Assembly: GCF_001949145.1 (NCBI RefSeq)
Contig: NW_019091357.1
Coordinates: forward strand, 2,670,558-2,734,557
Source of the DNA: Acanthaster planci
Lineage: Eukaryota
Length of the DNA stretch: 64,000 nucleotides
Direction of reading: 5' to 3'
Part shown: in pieces, positions 36,734-50,400 of the stretch
Position numbering within the stretch: the first letter of the stretch is position 1
Layout of the letters: the number at the start of each line of letters is the position of its first letter
Translations under genes and position numbers: made by a program
The notes under the pieces: generated by a model
The model's database searches: none
What the model was told of the DNA's origin: nothing
Seen by the model: the letters and a program-made list of their open reading frames with translations, nothing else

Positions 36734-39700
36734 TCACAGTGGTTTATTGACAGCGGTGGGGGCGGCGGTGGTAAGACTCGAGCTGCTTGGCGGCAGCACC
36801 ATTTGTCGGTTGGCTCGCCTGGCTGACACAAAGAGCACGATGTTCCAGATGGAAAGGGCGACCCAAAACAGAACGGAAATCCATGCTGCGACCTTCCGTG
36901 AAGAGGGATTGAGCGAAGGCAACCGATCAAGTGAACGAGACAAAACTAAAAGTTACAGATTTCAGATGAACAATTTTTCAGTTAATCTTATTTGACTCAA
37001 ACAAATGAAAACAAACGTTTTTGCCGGCACAGCAAAAATGCAACCCTGCATAGCCTAGCAAACGCAGGTTTGATGTTTTAGCCCTCAGGACGTATCATAG
37101 GGTAATATAAAAACATGTAACATGTTGTAAAGTTTTGGTTGGCATGGAAATCGCTTTTCATTTACACTTATTTGCTAGTTGAAACTTCCTGCAAGATTAA
37201 ACGTCAAAAGCCTAAACTCGCACTCCCCATTATACGAAATCGCGTTTACCTCAGCTATTCTCAAAGTGGAGTAGAAACTCGAACCATCAACTTTGATTAT
37301 GCTCCAGTTTAGAAATGTTTGAAAGTCGAAACACCTGCAGAGAGAAATCAGAGCCGATATGTAAATGCGAAAGAACCGGTAATTTGGTGCAAGTGTAAAG
37401 GCACGCATGCCTGGTTGTAGTTGGACCACAGAGATGGGACCTTGGACAAATCGATTCTGGGCACACAATCTCCCGCCAAAATTATATCCAGCGAGATAAG
37501 GGACGGAGGGGTACCCCCCTTTACATATCCAATCCCTATACACACTCCAGACTAATGTTGCCTTACACATTTCCCTCGATGTCTGTAAGGAATTCCTGAG
37601 ATTCTGATCAAACAATGACCAACACAAAAAGGTGGGGGTGCTCTCCGTCCCATATCTTACTTCATATGGACAAAATGGCTCTCAGGACCTGACACGTGCT
37701 CTCTTTCTTAATACGATGAAGGTTTAAATTGTGTACACTGCGATGTTACCTGGTGTCTATAAAGCGCAGATACCACACATGGCTTATTAGATATACATGT
37801 ATGTGCTACAGTATGGAGCGCTAACCTGCTATGCAAAATGAAGGCTGCTGAGTGCATCTATGTTTGTGCACAACCCTACAGAAAATTGAAAACTCCATAC
37901 GAAATTTTATACGACAAAACCCCCAAAGTGTACACTCACGATTTGTCGCTGTGTACTGTGCAGGCCGATATGAGACTGTTGCAGAAGGAATTGAAGCCAC
38001 TAGTGATGAGGGCAGCGTCTGCGAGGACCAGGATGGTGTAGATGGAGAACGCTCCCGTGGTGACGATGCGCAAAATGCCTCTGTAACACAAAGGAGGCCA
38101 ACCCGTTGCTTTGGATCACGGTTTGGGTGATCTAGGCACAATGCATGGTAAAGTTCTGCACGCAAATGAAAAGGAACCTGCGTCTTTGCATGCTTTCTAC
38201 AACCAATTGTACCCGTTGGCCTTTTTAAAAGTTTTTGTTTTTAAGTTTAGTTTTCCCAGTTTTTGTTTGTTTCCTGCACCTGTCCGGACGCTGCATTGAA
38301 TGTTTAAATATTTATTGAACTGTTTGTCTTGTTTCTTGTCAAAACTCCATGAGAATGAGTTGGAACGTGGTATGGCATTTCATTAGAAAGCAAGTCAGTT
38401 GAGCTCAGATGTTGGTATCAAAATCTGAATTTTGAACGCACTGTAAAAAAGGAATGAACCTACAGGATTAATTCCACTGCTTCCTTCTCGAAAAGAGTTA
38501 CCGCTCGCCTAGTTCTCTTTTTCTCTTAACCCATATATCAAAATTCAGTGTTGCAATGAGTCGCCAGACTACTTCATCCAAGTGATGATTTAAGCTTTTG
38601 TGTATGGTTAAATAAGGATGACACAAGGTTGGCAAAGGTGGCGTGAAATTCGCTTTGAGCATCCACATAATTATTCACACGTCCAAGTGTAATCCAGCTT
38701 TACCAAGAATGAAGGGAACTCAGCAAGCTATTACCTCGGAATACTAAATTCAAATAGACGACAGACAAGGCAGAATGACAGAAAATTCTTTATATTTAAA
38801 CAACCTCTCAAATGTAAACCTTGTCTTGGTGCAAGATACCAGAGACTGTCGGTAATGGATCACAACTCATCGACGAAAGACAGCACTATTTCAATCTCTA
38901 ACTTGGTACTTGACCGGGGGGACAAATTCAAAAGCGAATCCCCACCCCACCCCGCGCTGAATACGCCACTGCACACTGAAATGTCATGTCATGGATGCGC
39001 GCACACGATCGACGAACATCCTGAACAAACATAAACGAGCCGCCACGAACCGCTGCCGCAGTGGCGGTTCACTGCTGAAAACAGGAGAATGTCCCACCGA
39101 GACTTCAGGGGTGCACACTTGTGTGCGTGTGTGACCCTNAAGCTCAGATGTTGGTATCAAAATCTGAATTTTGAACACACTGTAAAAAGGGAATGAACCA
39201 ACAGGATTAATTCCACTGCTTCCTTCTTGAAAAGAGTTACCGCTCGCCTAGTTCTCTTTTTCTCTTAACCCATATATCAAAATTCAGTGTTGCAATGAGT
39301 CGCCAGACTACTTCATCCAAGTGATGATTTACGCTTTTGTGTTGTGGTTAAATAAGGATGACACAAGGTTGTCAAAGGTGGCGTGAAATTCGCTTTGAGC
39401 ATCCACATAATTATTTACACGTCCAAATGTAATCCAGCTTTACCAAGAATGAAGGGAACTCAGCAAGCTATTACCTCGGAATTCTAAATTCAAATAGACG
39501 ACGGACAAGGCAGAATGACAGAAAATTCTTTATATATACACAACTTCTCAAATGTAAACCGTGTCTTGGTGCAAGATACCAGAGACTGTTGGTAATGGAT
39601 CACAACTCATCGACGAAAGACAGCACTATTTCAATCTCTAACTTGGTACTTGACCGAATCCCCATACTGGTAGTGGCGTATCGAAATTTAGGGGGGGGGA

Positions 39701-41403
39701 ATTCAAAAGAGAATGCGGCTTCGGGCTCATTCAACATGATGCTGGGGAGAAAAAAACCAACAGCCTTACTTACAGTTCCGAAATCCTTGCTTTTATTCAC
39801 TGGTGTTGTTTTCTTTGGGTTTTGGCGCTAATATTTGATAAACAAATATACCGATTACATTTTGTCTAACTCACCTATGAAGTACTTGTAAAAGAAAAAA
39901 ATCTGTTTGGGGGTTGCCCATCCCCACCCCACCTCGCGCTGAATACGCCACTGCACACTGAAATGTCATGTCATGGATGCGCGCATACGATCAAAGAACA
40001 TCCTGAACAAACATAAACGAGCCGCCACGAACCACTGCCGCAGTGGCGGTTCACTGCTGAAAACAGGAGAATGTCCCACCGAGACTTCAGGGGTGCACTC
40101 GCGTGTGTGACCCTCAGTAACGGATGGTGTATGCTCTCGATTGTCAGCAGGTCACACTTCGGCTGTTGGTACGCTCACTGTGTTAACTTGGGCAACATGC
40201 TCGAACTCAGCCTGGATGAACGCATGCGCGAACTCACATGTTGTACTTTCTGTAACACAGCACGATGATCCGGTAGAGGGTGAACAGGAAGGACGCCACC
40301 ACCCCGGCAATTTGCAGATTGACGCAGAAATTACATAGGCCATCGTTGGTCCAGTGGAATTTGTACTCGTGCTGTGTTGAACCGACTGATTCGCACGTTA
40401 CACTCACAGACAGCGGACAGTGGCCGTCAAATCTCGACTGGTGAAGAACAGAAGTAAAATGACTTTTTGAAAAATGATGCTGACAGAATGCATCAATTCC
40501 GGGGCTACTTCAACAGGAGTTTACGCGTGCACTGAAACGCTAATCAAGCTGGAAACGCTCCTCTGTCCTTTTTGAACACAAGTCATGTTTATCGGAAATA
40601 TTACAGAAACTGTTAGGTAGGGATGCTCGTAAACCGGAAGGTGTAATTGTCAGAATACTTGTGGAGGGTCAGAGGCGACATCGGTCCATATTATGATTTC
40701 TCGATCTTTATAGCCAATGAGGGTTTGCTAACCTCTTTTTTTTATTGAGGGAGGAGGGGAGATATGAGTGGTTTTAATTAATGATGTTTTTTTTCGAATC
40801 CGCCGAAGTTCTTCCGAACCCAACTTTTTATCACCCCCCATGGTATGCTCCCGTTATTGCGCACGCGCCCTCAGCACGGCATGTGCAGTTTGTTATTGCA
40901 GTAATTAACCAAATTTCATAGCCTCAAGTACTGGACCCTCCTATAAAAATTGGCAAGACATTCGTTAAAAACCAAAGTTCGGATGCAACGCATATCTTGT
41001 CCCCGAATTCAACCCAAACCAACCTTCAACATGTAAAAATCAGCTGACGACCCCATGTACACAATACATAGCAAGGCTTGTACCTAGCGACACTTATTAA
41101 AGAACATCGTGGAACAGTGTGGCCAGCAACATTGGGAATTCCCAAGTTATGGCCCAATTACGAACGAACTGCGTGTAACTAGGCTAACAGAAATGTCCAG
41201 ATATTAAAACAAAAAGGCGATGTAGTCCTAATTACTCGGGCCACGATTGTGCTGTTGAGTTGGAAGACAGTACTTACCTGCGTTACACCTGCTGCTCCGG
41301 CAGTTATCAGCCCGCTGACGAACGCGCCTAAGAGCAGCATCATTTCCACGATTATGCCCAGTGAAAAGGCAGATGGTTTGCTGGGTAATTTGACAGCAGG
41401 CAT
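36734..41403 (-). CDS. TMEM179B: TMEM179B-like protein, divergent copy T4 (236 aa, 5 exons)
   Basis: Exons 41403-41278, 40437-40238, 38080-37940, 37334-37250, 36892-36734 total 711 nt, open, with the same intron phases as T1-T3. Reads VEMMLLLGAFVSG..GVTQ/SRFDGHCPL..LCNFC/..GFNSFCNSLI/CFDFQ..W..DGSSFYSTLRIAE/VAAWISVLFW. Confidence 0.88.
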
Positions 41404-42344
41404 TTTGATGAGGCAGGTTGTCTTGTCTCTCACCAGTACCAGCAGGGTACCACTCTTGATACGAGTTCCAGTGTGCACCACCACTGAAGCGCTATGGTGT
41501 ACTAACCCCAAGCTTCGACAGTTTTTTTTACAGTGCCTATAATCTCTACTACGCCGAACACACCGCCCACAGTGGTAACATTGCTCTGCCTGGTATCACT
41601 TCGCTCATTTCATGACGCTCGATGACGTCAGTGGCTCTTTATCAAGTTCAGTACATACAAAAATGCAATTGACGGCGTACATTTGTCATGTAAATAACAG
41701 GTTCACTTTATGAACTTTGAATCCCCTTTCTTGAACCCCGCATTATGACTTCCGTGCACGTGCTCCATAATCAGAAATGTAAATAGAGAGAGTACAGCGG
41801 GTCGGTGCCTGCATTTTATTATATTGGCTTGTATAATATAAGTCAAAACAAGTCTGATTTTGTGAGGATTGGCTCGATTTTCCCAGTAACGGAGGTTACT
41901 GGATGGCTTGCTATGCATTCACTGGAGCATGAAGGAGGTTGGATCCCGTGATAGTGTAGGGATGCAGAATAATCCATTTGCGAGTTAAATTTGAATAAAA
42001 TCTGATACACTGAGTTATCTGATTGCACATAGGCCCCCTAAACATGACGACTTGAATTCTTCAGACTAAAGACACTGTTGCTATATACCTCGTGATTCGA
42101 GGTAAGCTTTCACATGGCGACCATCATCTCTGGAATGGACTGGTTCCTTTGTGCCCTTCTTGTCCATTGAGAACTGACAGTGTATTGTTGCAAGGCGTCT
42201 CTTATGTAACTAAGCACAAGCTTGCCCAGAATCACGAGGTATAGCAACAGTGGTTTTAGTATGGAGAATTCAAGTTCTTCTGTTCAAAGTAATTCAAATG
42301 GATTTAAGGAACTATCAGTGTACCAGATTTTGGCCAAAGTTAAC

Positions 42345-42700
42345 TCGCTAAAGGTTTCTTGACTGGTATAGGGATCCTTGTGCCAAGGGGGGGGGAGTGT
42401 TGGCTTTGGGAAGAGAAAACTCTAACGCCTCTGATGTGAGTTGGTTTGGGTTTCGGGGACCCTACTGCCCGGGGAATGCATGTTGTCTTAGGTGTTAGTA
42501 GTGGGCGCCAGATGTCACTGAGCTTCAAACCGATGTCTTGAGGGACGGTGTTGGACCGGAAAATCTTGAAGGCTTCCCGGATTCTTCTTGGAAGCTAGTT
42601 TGGGATGGGGGCGATGAGTTCTACGTTGTCCCATTTGATGTGGTGGTCCGAGGCGTGTGCGTGTTTGATGATGGCCAACTTGTCGTATCCTTGTCAACCA
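42345..42700 (-). mobile_element. Second Penelope-like fragment (endonuclease C-terminus)
   Basis: Minus frame reads AIIKHAHASDHHIKWDNVELI...*LPRRIREAFKI...QDIGLKLSDIWRPLL, parallel to the C-terminus of ORF 3661-4230. Confidence 0.7.
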
Positions 42701-43741
42701 TGCGTAAAAAGCTATTAGCGGTGTAAAAAAAAACTATTTTGTCTGCAAGTATCGGCCAGCTGATGTGGCCCGACTTTTATGTGTGGAAACTCTGTTGCAG
42801 GGCAGCTCAATTGTTCCACAAATTCTCCTTTGTGCATACTTGTGGAGCAAAAGCACTGACCTGTAAGATGGCAGCCCCCCCTTAAACAGATTAAGCACAT
42901 AGGCCAAACATGGACATTCCTAGAAGTTTGGAGCAACACCAAAAAAAAAAAAAAAAAAAAAAAAGAAAGAGAGAATAATGGAGTATAGCCTGCAAAGTTA
43001 ACACTTAATCACGAGATAGGGACATCCCTTTTGTTAAAATAGAGATATCCGCCTCAGGAGGTTGGGGTCGTGTGATTGTGGTTTGAAAACCTGGTCATTC
43101 AGACGGCCCTAGAGCGCCCCTGACATTTAATTAATGATTCACATTCCGCCTCTTGAAGAAGCACCCCCTCATCAGTTGAAAAGAGTCATATGGGCGTTGT
43201 TGATAGTGATGCGATCGTAACGCATGCATTTCGTAGTCGTCCATGAACCAGCGAAGTTCGATTCCGACCGTTCCGTTGCTAAAAAAATACGCCCTCTCTT
43301 GGTCCAGCTCAGAGCTATTAACCAGGCACAAATGAAGATTAATAGAGAAGAGCGACACGCTTTCTGTTTACCCGCATAAAACTTCAGAACTACCTTATCA
43401 CTCATTCGTATCCTCCACTGCTTACATCTCATTAATAACATTTCGATCAATATCACTCAATTAATATTCATGTTGTCTGAGTAAACACGGCCTTCTGCAG
43501 GTTTTATGGATTTGGCATTCACGGCAGCAGAAATGTATGCAGACCCAAACTTCCATGTTTTATGCATCCCCTTTATAGAGCAAATAATGATGGGCTTGCT
43601 TTATACAAGGCATATAAAATGACTGCAACGCTCGACACTGAGGGATCACATTGACGCCACACAGTTGTAAAGAAGTCTTGGTAAAATTGGCCTTTGAAGT
43701 CTGGTGTAGGTAGAAAGCACGTCGCCTTGACCGGTATCATC

Positions 43742-46700
43742 ATGTCTCTCCCTGCCTGCCTTGGTATCCTGCTGCTGGCTGCATTGCTGGTAGCTCAACC
43801 TACTTTTGCATGGATTGAGGGGCAACATTCAGTCGACTTAATGAACGCCTTGGACCTTGGCAACTCGCAAACAGCTGAACGTGCGGCCTCGGGAGGTTTG
43901 TGCTTTCTTGTTCGTTTTTTAATCGGACGGTTACGGTGTCGGTTATTCAAAGTGTTACAATATAAGCCGCAGTGTGGTTTATTGAACTCTTGCTTTCATA
44001 GAGGACGGCATTTGCAGAATTTGGAAACTGCAAAGCGTGCAGCCTTAAGAAAGTTTACAGTTTGAACCTATCGGTAGTTGTTGCTTTAATTCTCGGGGGT
44101 AAGAACATCAGCATCACTGTGATATTATTTCTTGGGGGGAGGGGGTATATATGTCTTCTTCCTCGACTTAGTTTGGCTTATTCGGGATAATTCCTTTATT
44201 TCCTCTCTTCCTGTAAAAAAATGATATTCTTGCAACTGTTTTTTTACAAGAAGAAATGTGAAACCCATAAAGGTGAGTGGAGTCAGCTTTGAACTAACTA
44301 AAGGCCATCCTGGTGGTCATGAGCTTGCAAAAGATCTTTTAAGGCCTATAGGCAGATTCGCGAACGTACAAATCTGGTTCACTGTGTGGTTGTATTCTGT
44401 TGGGAATTCATAACCTAATCGGAGGTCCAGTTGATATTCAAATAGTGTTACGTAGGGTTTACTGGCGTCCGATGAATATGAGTTTATGATATATCAAGGA
44501 TCGATACTGGCTCCTGAGGGCGATGTTGCATAGAAATGACCTGATATCACTTTAAAAAACTTTGCACTTTTGGCCTTATTATGTATGCTGTACTTTGCAA
44601 ATATATATTGTTACTGTAATGTACAGCTTTCTGTAGATTAAGATCCTCACAGAGTCCATCTTTTTTCGGGGAGGGGGGCGGGGGCTTGTAACCTTTGTAG
44701 GGGTAGACCTCCCCCCCCCATGGCAACTAACGGTGCGACCATGAAACGTCGATAGGCTGGTCACAAATGGTTGACTAGACTGGTCCAACTATCGTCGACT
44801 AGCGTGCGTTCGATCAGAGGTAAGCCGCCTTTCCCCCCAAAATTGATTCCATTCAAATAATACTCATGTGCGTTCCTTTCAGCCGTCAAAACCGCTCCAA
44901 GAGCGATTTTGACGGATGCGCAGCGCTTGGCGAGAGTGCTGAAGGCAATTTTAGTCGAACTATTGCCCATTATCGTAACGGTAAGATGATCACTGGCCGC
45001 GAATTACGCGTCACGCCACTAAAGGGAGCAAAATGAGCAGGTCAGTTTTTTCAAAGATTGTACGTAATAATCGCAAGGATTTCACTCAATTGAGTTCCAA
45101 CTGAGGACTTTTTACGAGCATATTTGATAAAAGCGAACAAGGGCAAGCAAGGTGTGTTGCTTCGTGGGGCTTTACTAAAGGAATGTCTCTTGTGCAAAAC
45201 TCATGTTCTCTTCCCCAGAAAATCGTCTGAGTTAAATTGTCACCCAACTGAAACTGAAAACTGCAACTACCCCGATTGAGTGGTGCCAAAACATCTTTCT
45301 CTTTTTTTGGGGGGGGGTGACAGGATATCTATGCCTTTCTCATTTCAACAAAGAGATGCGGTTGATTTTGGGTCCACGCAAGTGCTCAAAGTGAATCAGA
45401 AATCATCCCTAACTTTCAGTGTTTGGTCAAGGGTTGTTGGTCATTTTTAACTGAATTACAGAAGAATGTATTGTTTTGTATTCTTTCCTTTTAATGCCAA
45501 GTGCGAGAGACGATTGAGGCGTTGACTGCTGAGTACGTCAAGCAGTGCAAGCAGAACAACATGGACGGCGTCAAGAACTTGTTGGATGAGCAGATCATCG
45601 TCATGCCACAAGGCTATGGGGTCCTTGAAGGAAAAAGCAGTAAGCCTCTGTAACTATTTCCTTTGAAATTTACCGAGAAAATCTGTGTTTGTCGGGCTAC
45701 TGGAAAGCCTGCGTTAGTTTTACCCTGCACGGTTTAGTAAGTCAGGGCAAGATGATGTGTATTTGACGTTGTTTAGGGAGCTAGTCACCGACTGGGTCAT
45801 GCGATCCCATAGGTTGAAAACATAGGCTGACATTTTGCAATACGCTAGAGCTTGCCCACACAAGTCGTCACGGGCCAGTGAAGGTCGGTCTGCCAGTGTA
45901 TAAACGGCAGTGTCACGTAAAGGCCTGATTGTTAACGGCCGTAAGCTTCAGACATGCGGTGGCGACAGAATTTTTCAGTTTGTTTTTGCAATTAGGATAG
46001 ACTCGAATGGCGGGAAAAATAGGAGGATACGGTTTAGTTTGGGTGAACAGATAAGAAATCAGCTGCTTCTTCTGTAGTCTGTTTATATCACTCTTATGCC
46101 AACTTGAGGCAAATTTGATCAATGTGCTGATATTTTGTACTTCCATGCTGCGTATGTCTGTAAACCTCTGTTTAGGACTCCATTATTGCATCCCTACCAA
46201 CACATGCAATGGGAGACTTTGAGGAACTTGGTGGCAACGAACATACCGTTCCATTTTACTAGTTCTGAGCATGCGTGCGTTGTCTGAGGATGGGTGCATA
46301 GTTCTGAGCTTGCACATTTCCTTGAAAAAAGGACCGATATGTCTGCTGCCACCAGCGTCTCGAAGTGTAAGTGTAATTTTACTTGTTAAACTCATCAGAT
46401 ATCGATCCATACTTGAAGTGGATTGAAGATGTGAAGGAGATAACCATGAACTCCATCCAAGTGGAGCCCTTGGATAGCAGCGCCACCTACGTCTTCCAAC
46501 GCTCAGAATCCGAGGTGACGGACTTGAGTGGCACAATCAGTTTTAATGGAAAGTAAGTGATCAATACTGGCGATTCTCAATAGTGCGCCTCCAAGAGTCT
46601 GCAACGCGCTGACCAATCACAGCAGGGTCCACAGATTTCGCGCACAGTGATTGTTCAACGCGTTGCAAACTCTCGGAGGCGCACCACTGTGCAACACCCG

Positions 46701-47492
46701 TTATGCGATCCTTGCGCCCCCCCTCCCAACAAAGGGGAAAGAAACCAAAGGAAGAAGGAACGATTGCAAATCACCAAAATTCAGAACTTTCCCTTAACCT
46801 AGCTCCATGGTTTGTGAGTGTGCCCCTCCCTCTACGCGTACAGGCTCGTTGGTTTCCATGAGCTGTATGGTACTAACTACCTATCAACAGCCACTGTTGT
46901 CTGCACTCTCGGCTAGACGGGAAAAGGAAGCCGATAACAGCGCAGCAGCTGATTTGCACGCTGGCCGCATGAGGTCGCATGCTGACCTTGATTTTCACAG
47001 AAAAATAACGATGGAAACGGATAGCTAGAGCTGCACTGTAAACGAAAGTTGGTTATCTGTGCTCAACATTGGACTGTCTGGCCAACTTAGATTGGTCATT
47101 TTAGACAAAGAGCTTGACTATTACTTTTATTAGTCAAAATGGCCCATTTTGTATAGTGCTGTACGGCTAATGACGAACGCCTTGACCAAAGCTAAGACAA
47201 ACTAGGGCTTGCGAGGCGCTGGAGGTCGGGATGAGGGAAGGCGGTGTGAGGAGGTGCCCTTAGGGGCGGTGTGTCGGGCAAGATGTTAAATGCCGCAGAG
47301 ACTCTTGTCGGATATCTGGTCTTTTCAGACCTTTGTCAGCTGATGACATGATTGGCTCCAACAAATCATGGGCGTGGCAAGTACATAAACACCCTGCATT
47401 TCGGTTCCCTTTCCAGGAGTTTGAGAATTTGGAAAAAGGATGGTGACGGCACTTACAAGATTTACATCGACATGTACAACACCGGTCGATAA
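43742..47492 (+). CDS. Secreted NTF2-like (DUF4440/SnoaL-like) protein N1, 173 aa, 4 exons
   Basis: Exons 43742-43895, 45502-45639, 46399-46552, 47417-47492 total 522 nt, open, GT-AG. Signal peptide MSLPACLGILLLAALLVAQPTFA, then VRETIEALTAEYVK..IIVMPQGYGVLEGK...GKSLRIWKKDGDGTYKIYIDMYN. Confidence 0.82.
46581..46688. mobile_element. Short palindromic MITE
   Basis: gtgcgcctccaagagtctgcaacgcgctgaccaatcac ... gtgattgttcaacgcgttgcaaactctcggaggcgcac. Confidence 0.6.
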
Positions 47493-50400
47493 CCAGGAGG
47501 CTGTAATCAAACTGAGGCACTTGATGCATAGACGTTAGGTAAAAGTCAGAGAGCACCTGCTTGATTATCCTAAAAGTTAATTCATCATTTCAACTGCAGT
47601 TCAGTATCGAAATTATTCAACACCACTCTTTAAAATAATATTTGCACCAAGGTTCTGAGAAGGCTGAAATATTTTTTTTTGTCGACATTATTCTCTTGAG
47701 GTGTTGGACAACAGTTTTATCGGGTTAGCGTCCAAATGGGCTTTAAATTTCGCCAGAGCAGCCAATAGTTACTGTTGCGACACACTGCTTATTAGTAAAG
47801 CTCTTCTATCACTTGATTGAGATTAATATTCGATTGACCTATGACACACTTAGGTACAAGGCAAGGCCTCTTTGTTTGACCGACTTTGGTAATGCCCTCT
47901 TTCTTGTAACCACTGGAAGCTACATGTGTAAGACAACGGTATGATAAGTCTACATTTTGAGGGATGTTTAAAAACTACTTCCCATGACAAATGACCATAA
48001 TAGTGATTATTCTTATTTCTGAAAATATTTATAAGAATTATTAATTAAATGGAAGAGGGAAATTGATTTCAGTAAATTATTTGCATGAGAAATGCTATGC
48101 GTCGTGGCTTCCCCTTTTGTCATGGTTTTATTTGTTCTTTGTGGAATTGGAGATCCAGAGGTATAATGCACAGTTTCTATTGCGTTTGTGTAGTCAGAAC
48201 GTCAAGTTTTGGTTTCTTGTTTGTGAGAACTGACTGTGATAGCTAAATGATTATTACATGGTCATCAACATGATGCAGGAGTACCCTGTCATCGGTTGAA
48301 AAGAGCAATGGTGGTGGCGACACGACCATAATAAACATTTACTTTTCATAGTCGTTTGTGAACTAGCGAACGGGGGTTTCCAATGAAGGAGCCTCCATTG
48401 AGCTTTGTATGGAAAGAGTACCACCAGCCGCAGATGATGGAAATCAAATGGCTACTTATTATGAATACATTACGGCTATCGTTTAACTACTGCCCGTCGT
48501 CACATAAGCGCATGCAGCAGACATTTTCTATTCAACAATGGTGACACTTATGTCACAACCAAAGATCGTATAGCGTCGAAGGCACAAGATGGATAACTCT
48601 GCCCAAAGGATGTAATTACCATGGGCGCCATTTGAGCAAGCGATACACCTGCGCAGTTTACGGTAATGCTTAGGCGCAGGCTCACCAGGTGCACGTGCCT
48701 GCCGCGGCGCCTGCGCCTTTGCATTACTGTGCATTGCGCAGGCGTATCGCTTGCTCAAATGGCGCCCACGCAATGACAACGTTTTACGTGTATTCACTGT
48801 GAATTTCGCCATCTCGTGCCGCTTTACGGCGATATACGACCTTTGGTCACAACTCACTGCTCTGTCGCTGCAAGGGAGATTACCCCCTCTGTAGGCCTTG
48901 GTCTTTCTTGGGCGGTTCGAGGATTGAGGGGGACGCATGCGCATCGAACAAGACTCATCGCGGTCTATGATTAGTAAAGAACCCAAGCTTTCCGTTACAT
49001 TCAGAAAACATGTGAAGATGGAATCCTGCACCTAACTTGGAAAACAATGAGTGTTGAAAGCTTGAATTAAACTACTTGCTGCTGGGGGAGCTCGGTTTCG
49101 GGCACGTATCTTTATATGCATAACTGGGGTGTCCAAAATGGGAGAAAAAGGGAACTGGGCTTTGTAACAAGAGACGGTACTCGTAACAAAAGACCAGGCT
49201 GCTGGGAATTACCAACATTTTCACTGCATTAGCGGAGATAATCCAGCATTTAACAGTGTCCAACTGTTCGGGGCATTCTGTGCGAGCAGATTACCACAAG
49301 GGACAAAAGCGCTCCGCCACTGCAGCGATGAGCCACGCAATACCTCGCTAATCTGGCCCTTGTTAAAAAGACATAAGCAGCGCACTGTGCCAGTTCCGGG
49401 AACAAAAGAAACTTACGTAACACTGCGCAATCTGGGCTCTTTTTACAAGACGGCAGCCCTGGTTGAAATACTCTGGCGTCAATACATGTTGTCTGTCAGA
49501 TTAGAGAAGAACCAAAACAGTCCTTCGTGTGGCTGTAAGGGTCCAGTAAATGAAGATATAAATCCAGCGAAATCAGTATTTTAAATGCCCCCGGCGTGCT
49601 TTTATAGTCATTCGTGAACAACCAGCGAAGTGAATTTCCTACAGGAGCCTCCTTACTAGGAATATCCCGCCCTCTCTCTGTCCAGCTCGGGCCCCTTGAA
49701 AACCACACATTTTTTGTAAACTTGCTCTTTAGAATAAAACATTTTTTAGTTTTTTTGCTTGAAAGAGTTTCCTCACAGTTTCATTTGGGACAATCATAGT
49801 TACGTTTATTGGGGTAAACATACCAACGGGCTATAAATGTTATAAATGTTGCTAAAGGAACTATAGGCCATGAGAGCCTATAAAAGGCTAGCACTGTTGT
49901 GACAGGAGCCAATAAATAATGTTATCACATACAAATTGTTTTTGTAGTGGTCTTGCTTGACCAATAACGCTATTGTATGGAAAATGGAGCCTCCTGTGAG
50001 CGACGGTGTAATTAGTATCCCCTGTGTACTTTGAAAGCTGCACTCGTGGTTTAAGGAAATGGAACGACAGTTTAAATTTGGGGAAACTTGTCATATCATT
50101 GTTTTTCGATTAAAGACGACGCTAATTGTGGTTATTCAAACCAATACGTTGGTTTGAAACGGGAGAGAAAAAGTTGGTTTCAATAAATTAATTGCATGGG
50201 AAATACAGCTCGAAGTAGGATATGCCCGTCGTCGACATAATCTATAAAGTGAGCTTTTCCACAAGAGTAGTTAGGCAAATTCTGCGAATATTCAATTTCC
50301 TTCACCTCAATACACAAAGTCTTTAGGATGCAGATTACCAGCGACAAATTGCGGCGGTGATCATAGGGTTAAAGGGGGTTTCGTGGTTGTGAAACAGATT

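Noticed and set aside
38402..40115. Apparent tandem duplication of about 740 bp in T4 intron 2
   Set aside because: The copies meet at a lone N (39139) and differ by scattered SNPs and one indel region, so they are most likely two alleles joined at a contig overlap.
48528..49031. 167-aa ORF over a GC-rich palindromic patch
   Set aside because: No recognisable motif or splice structure; more likely a decayed inverted-repeat element.
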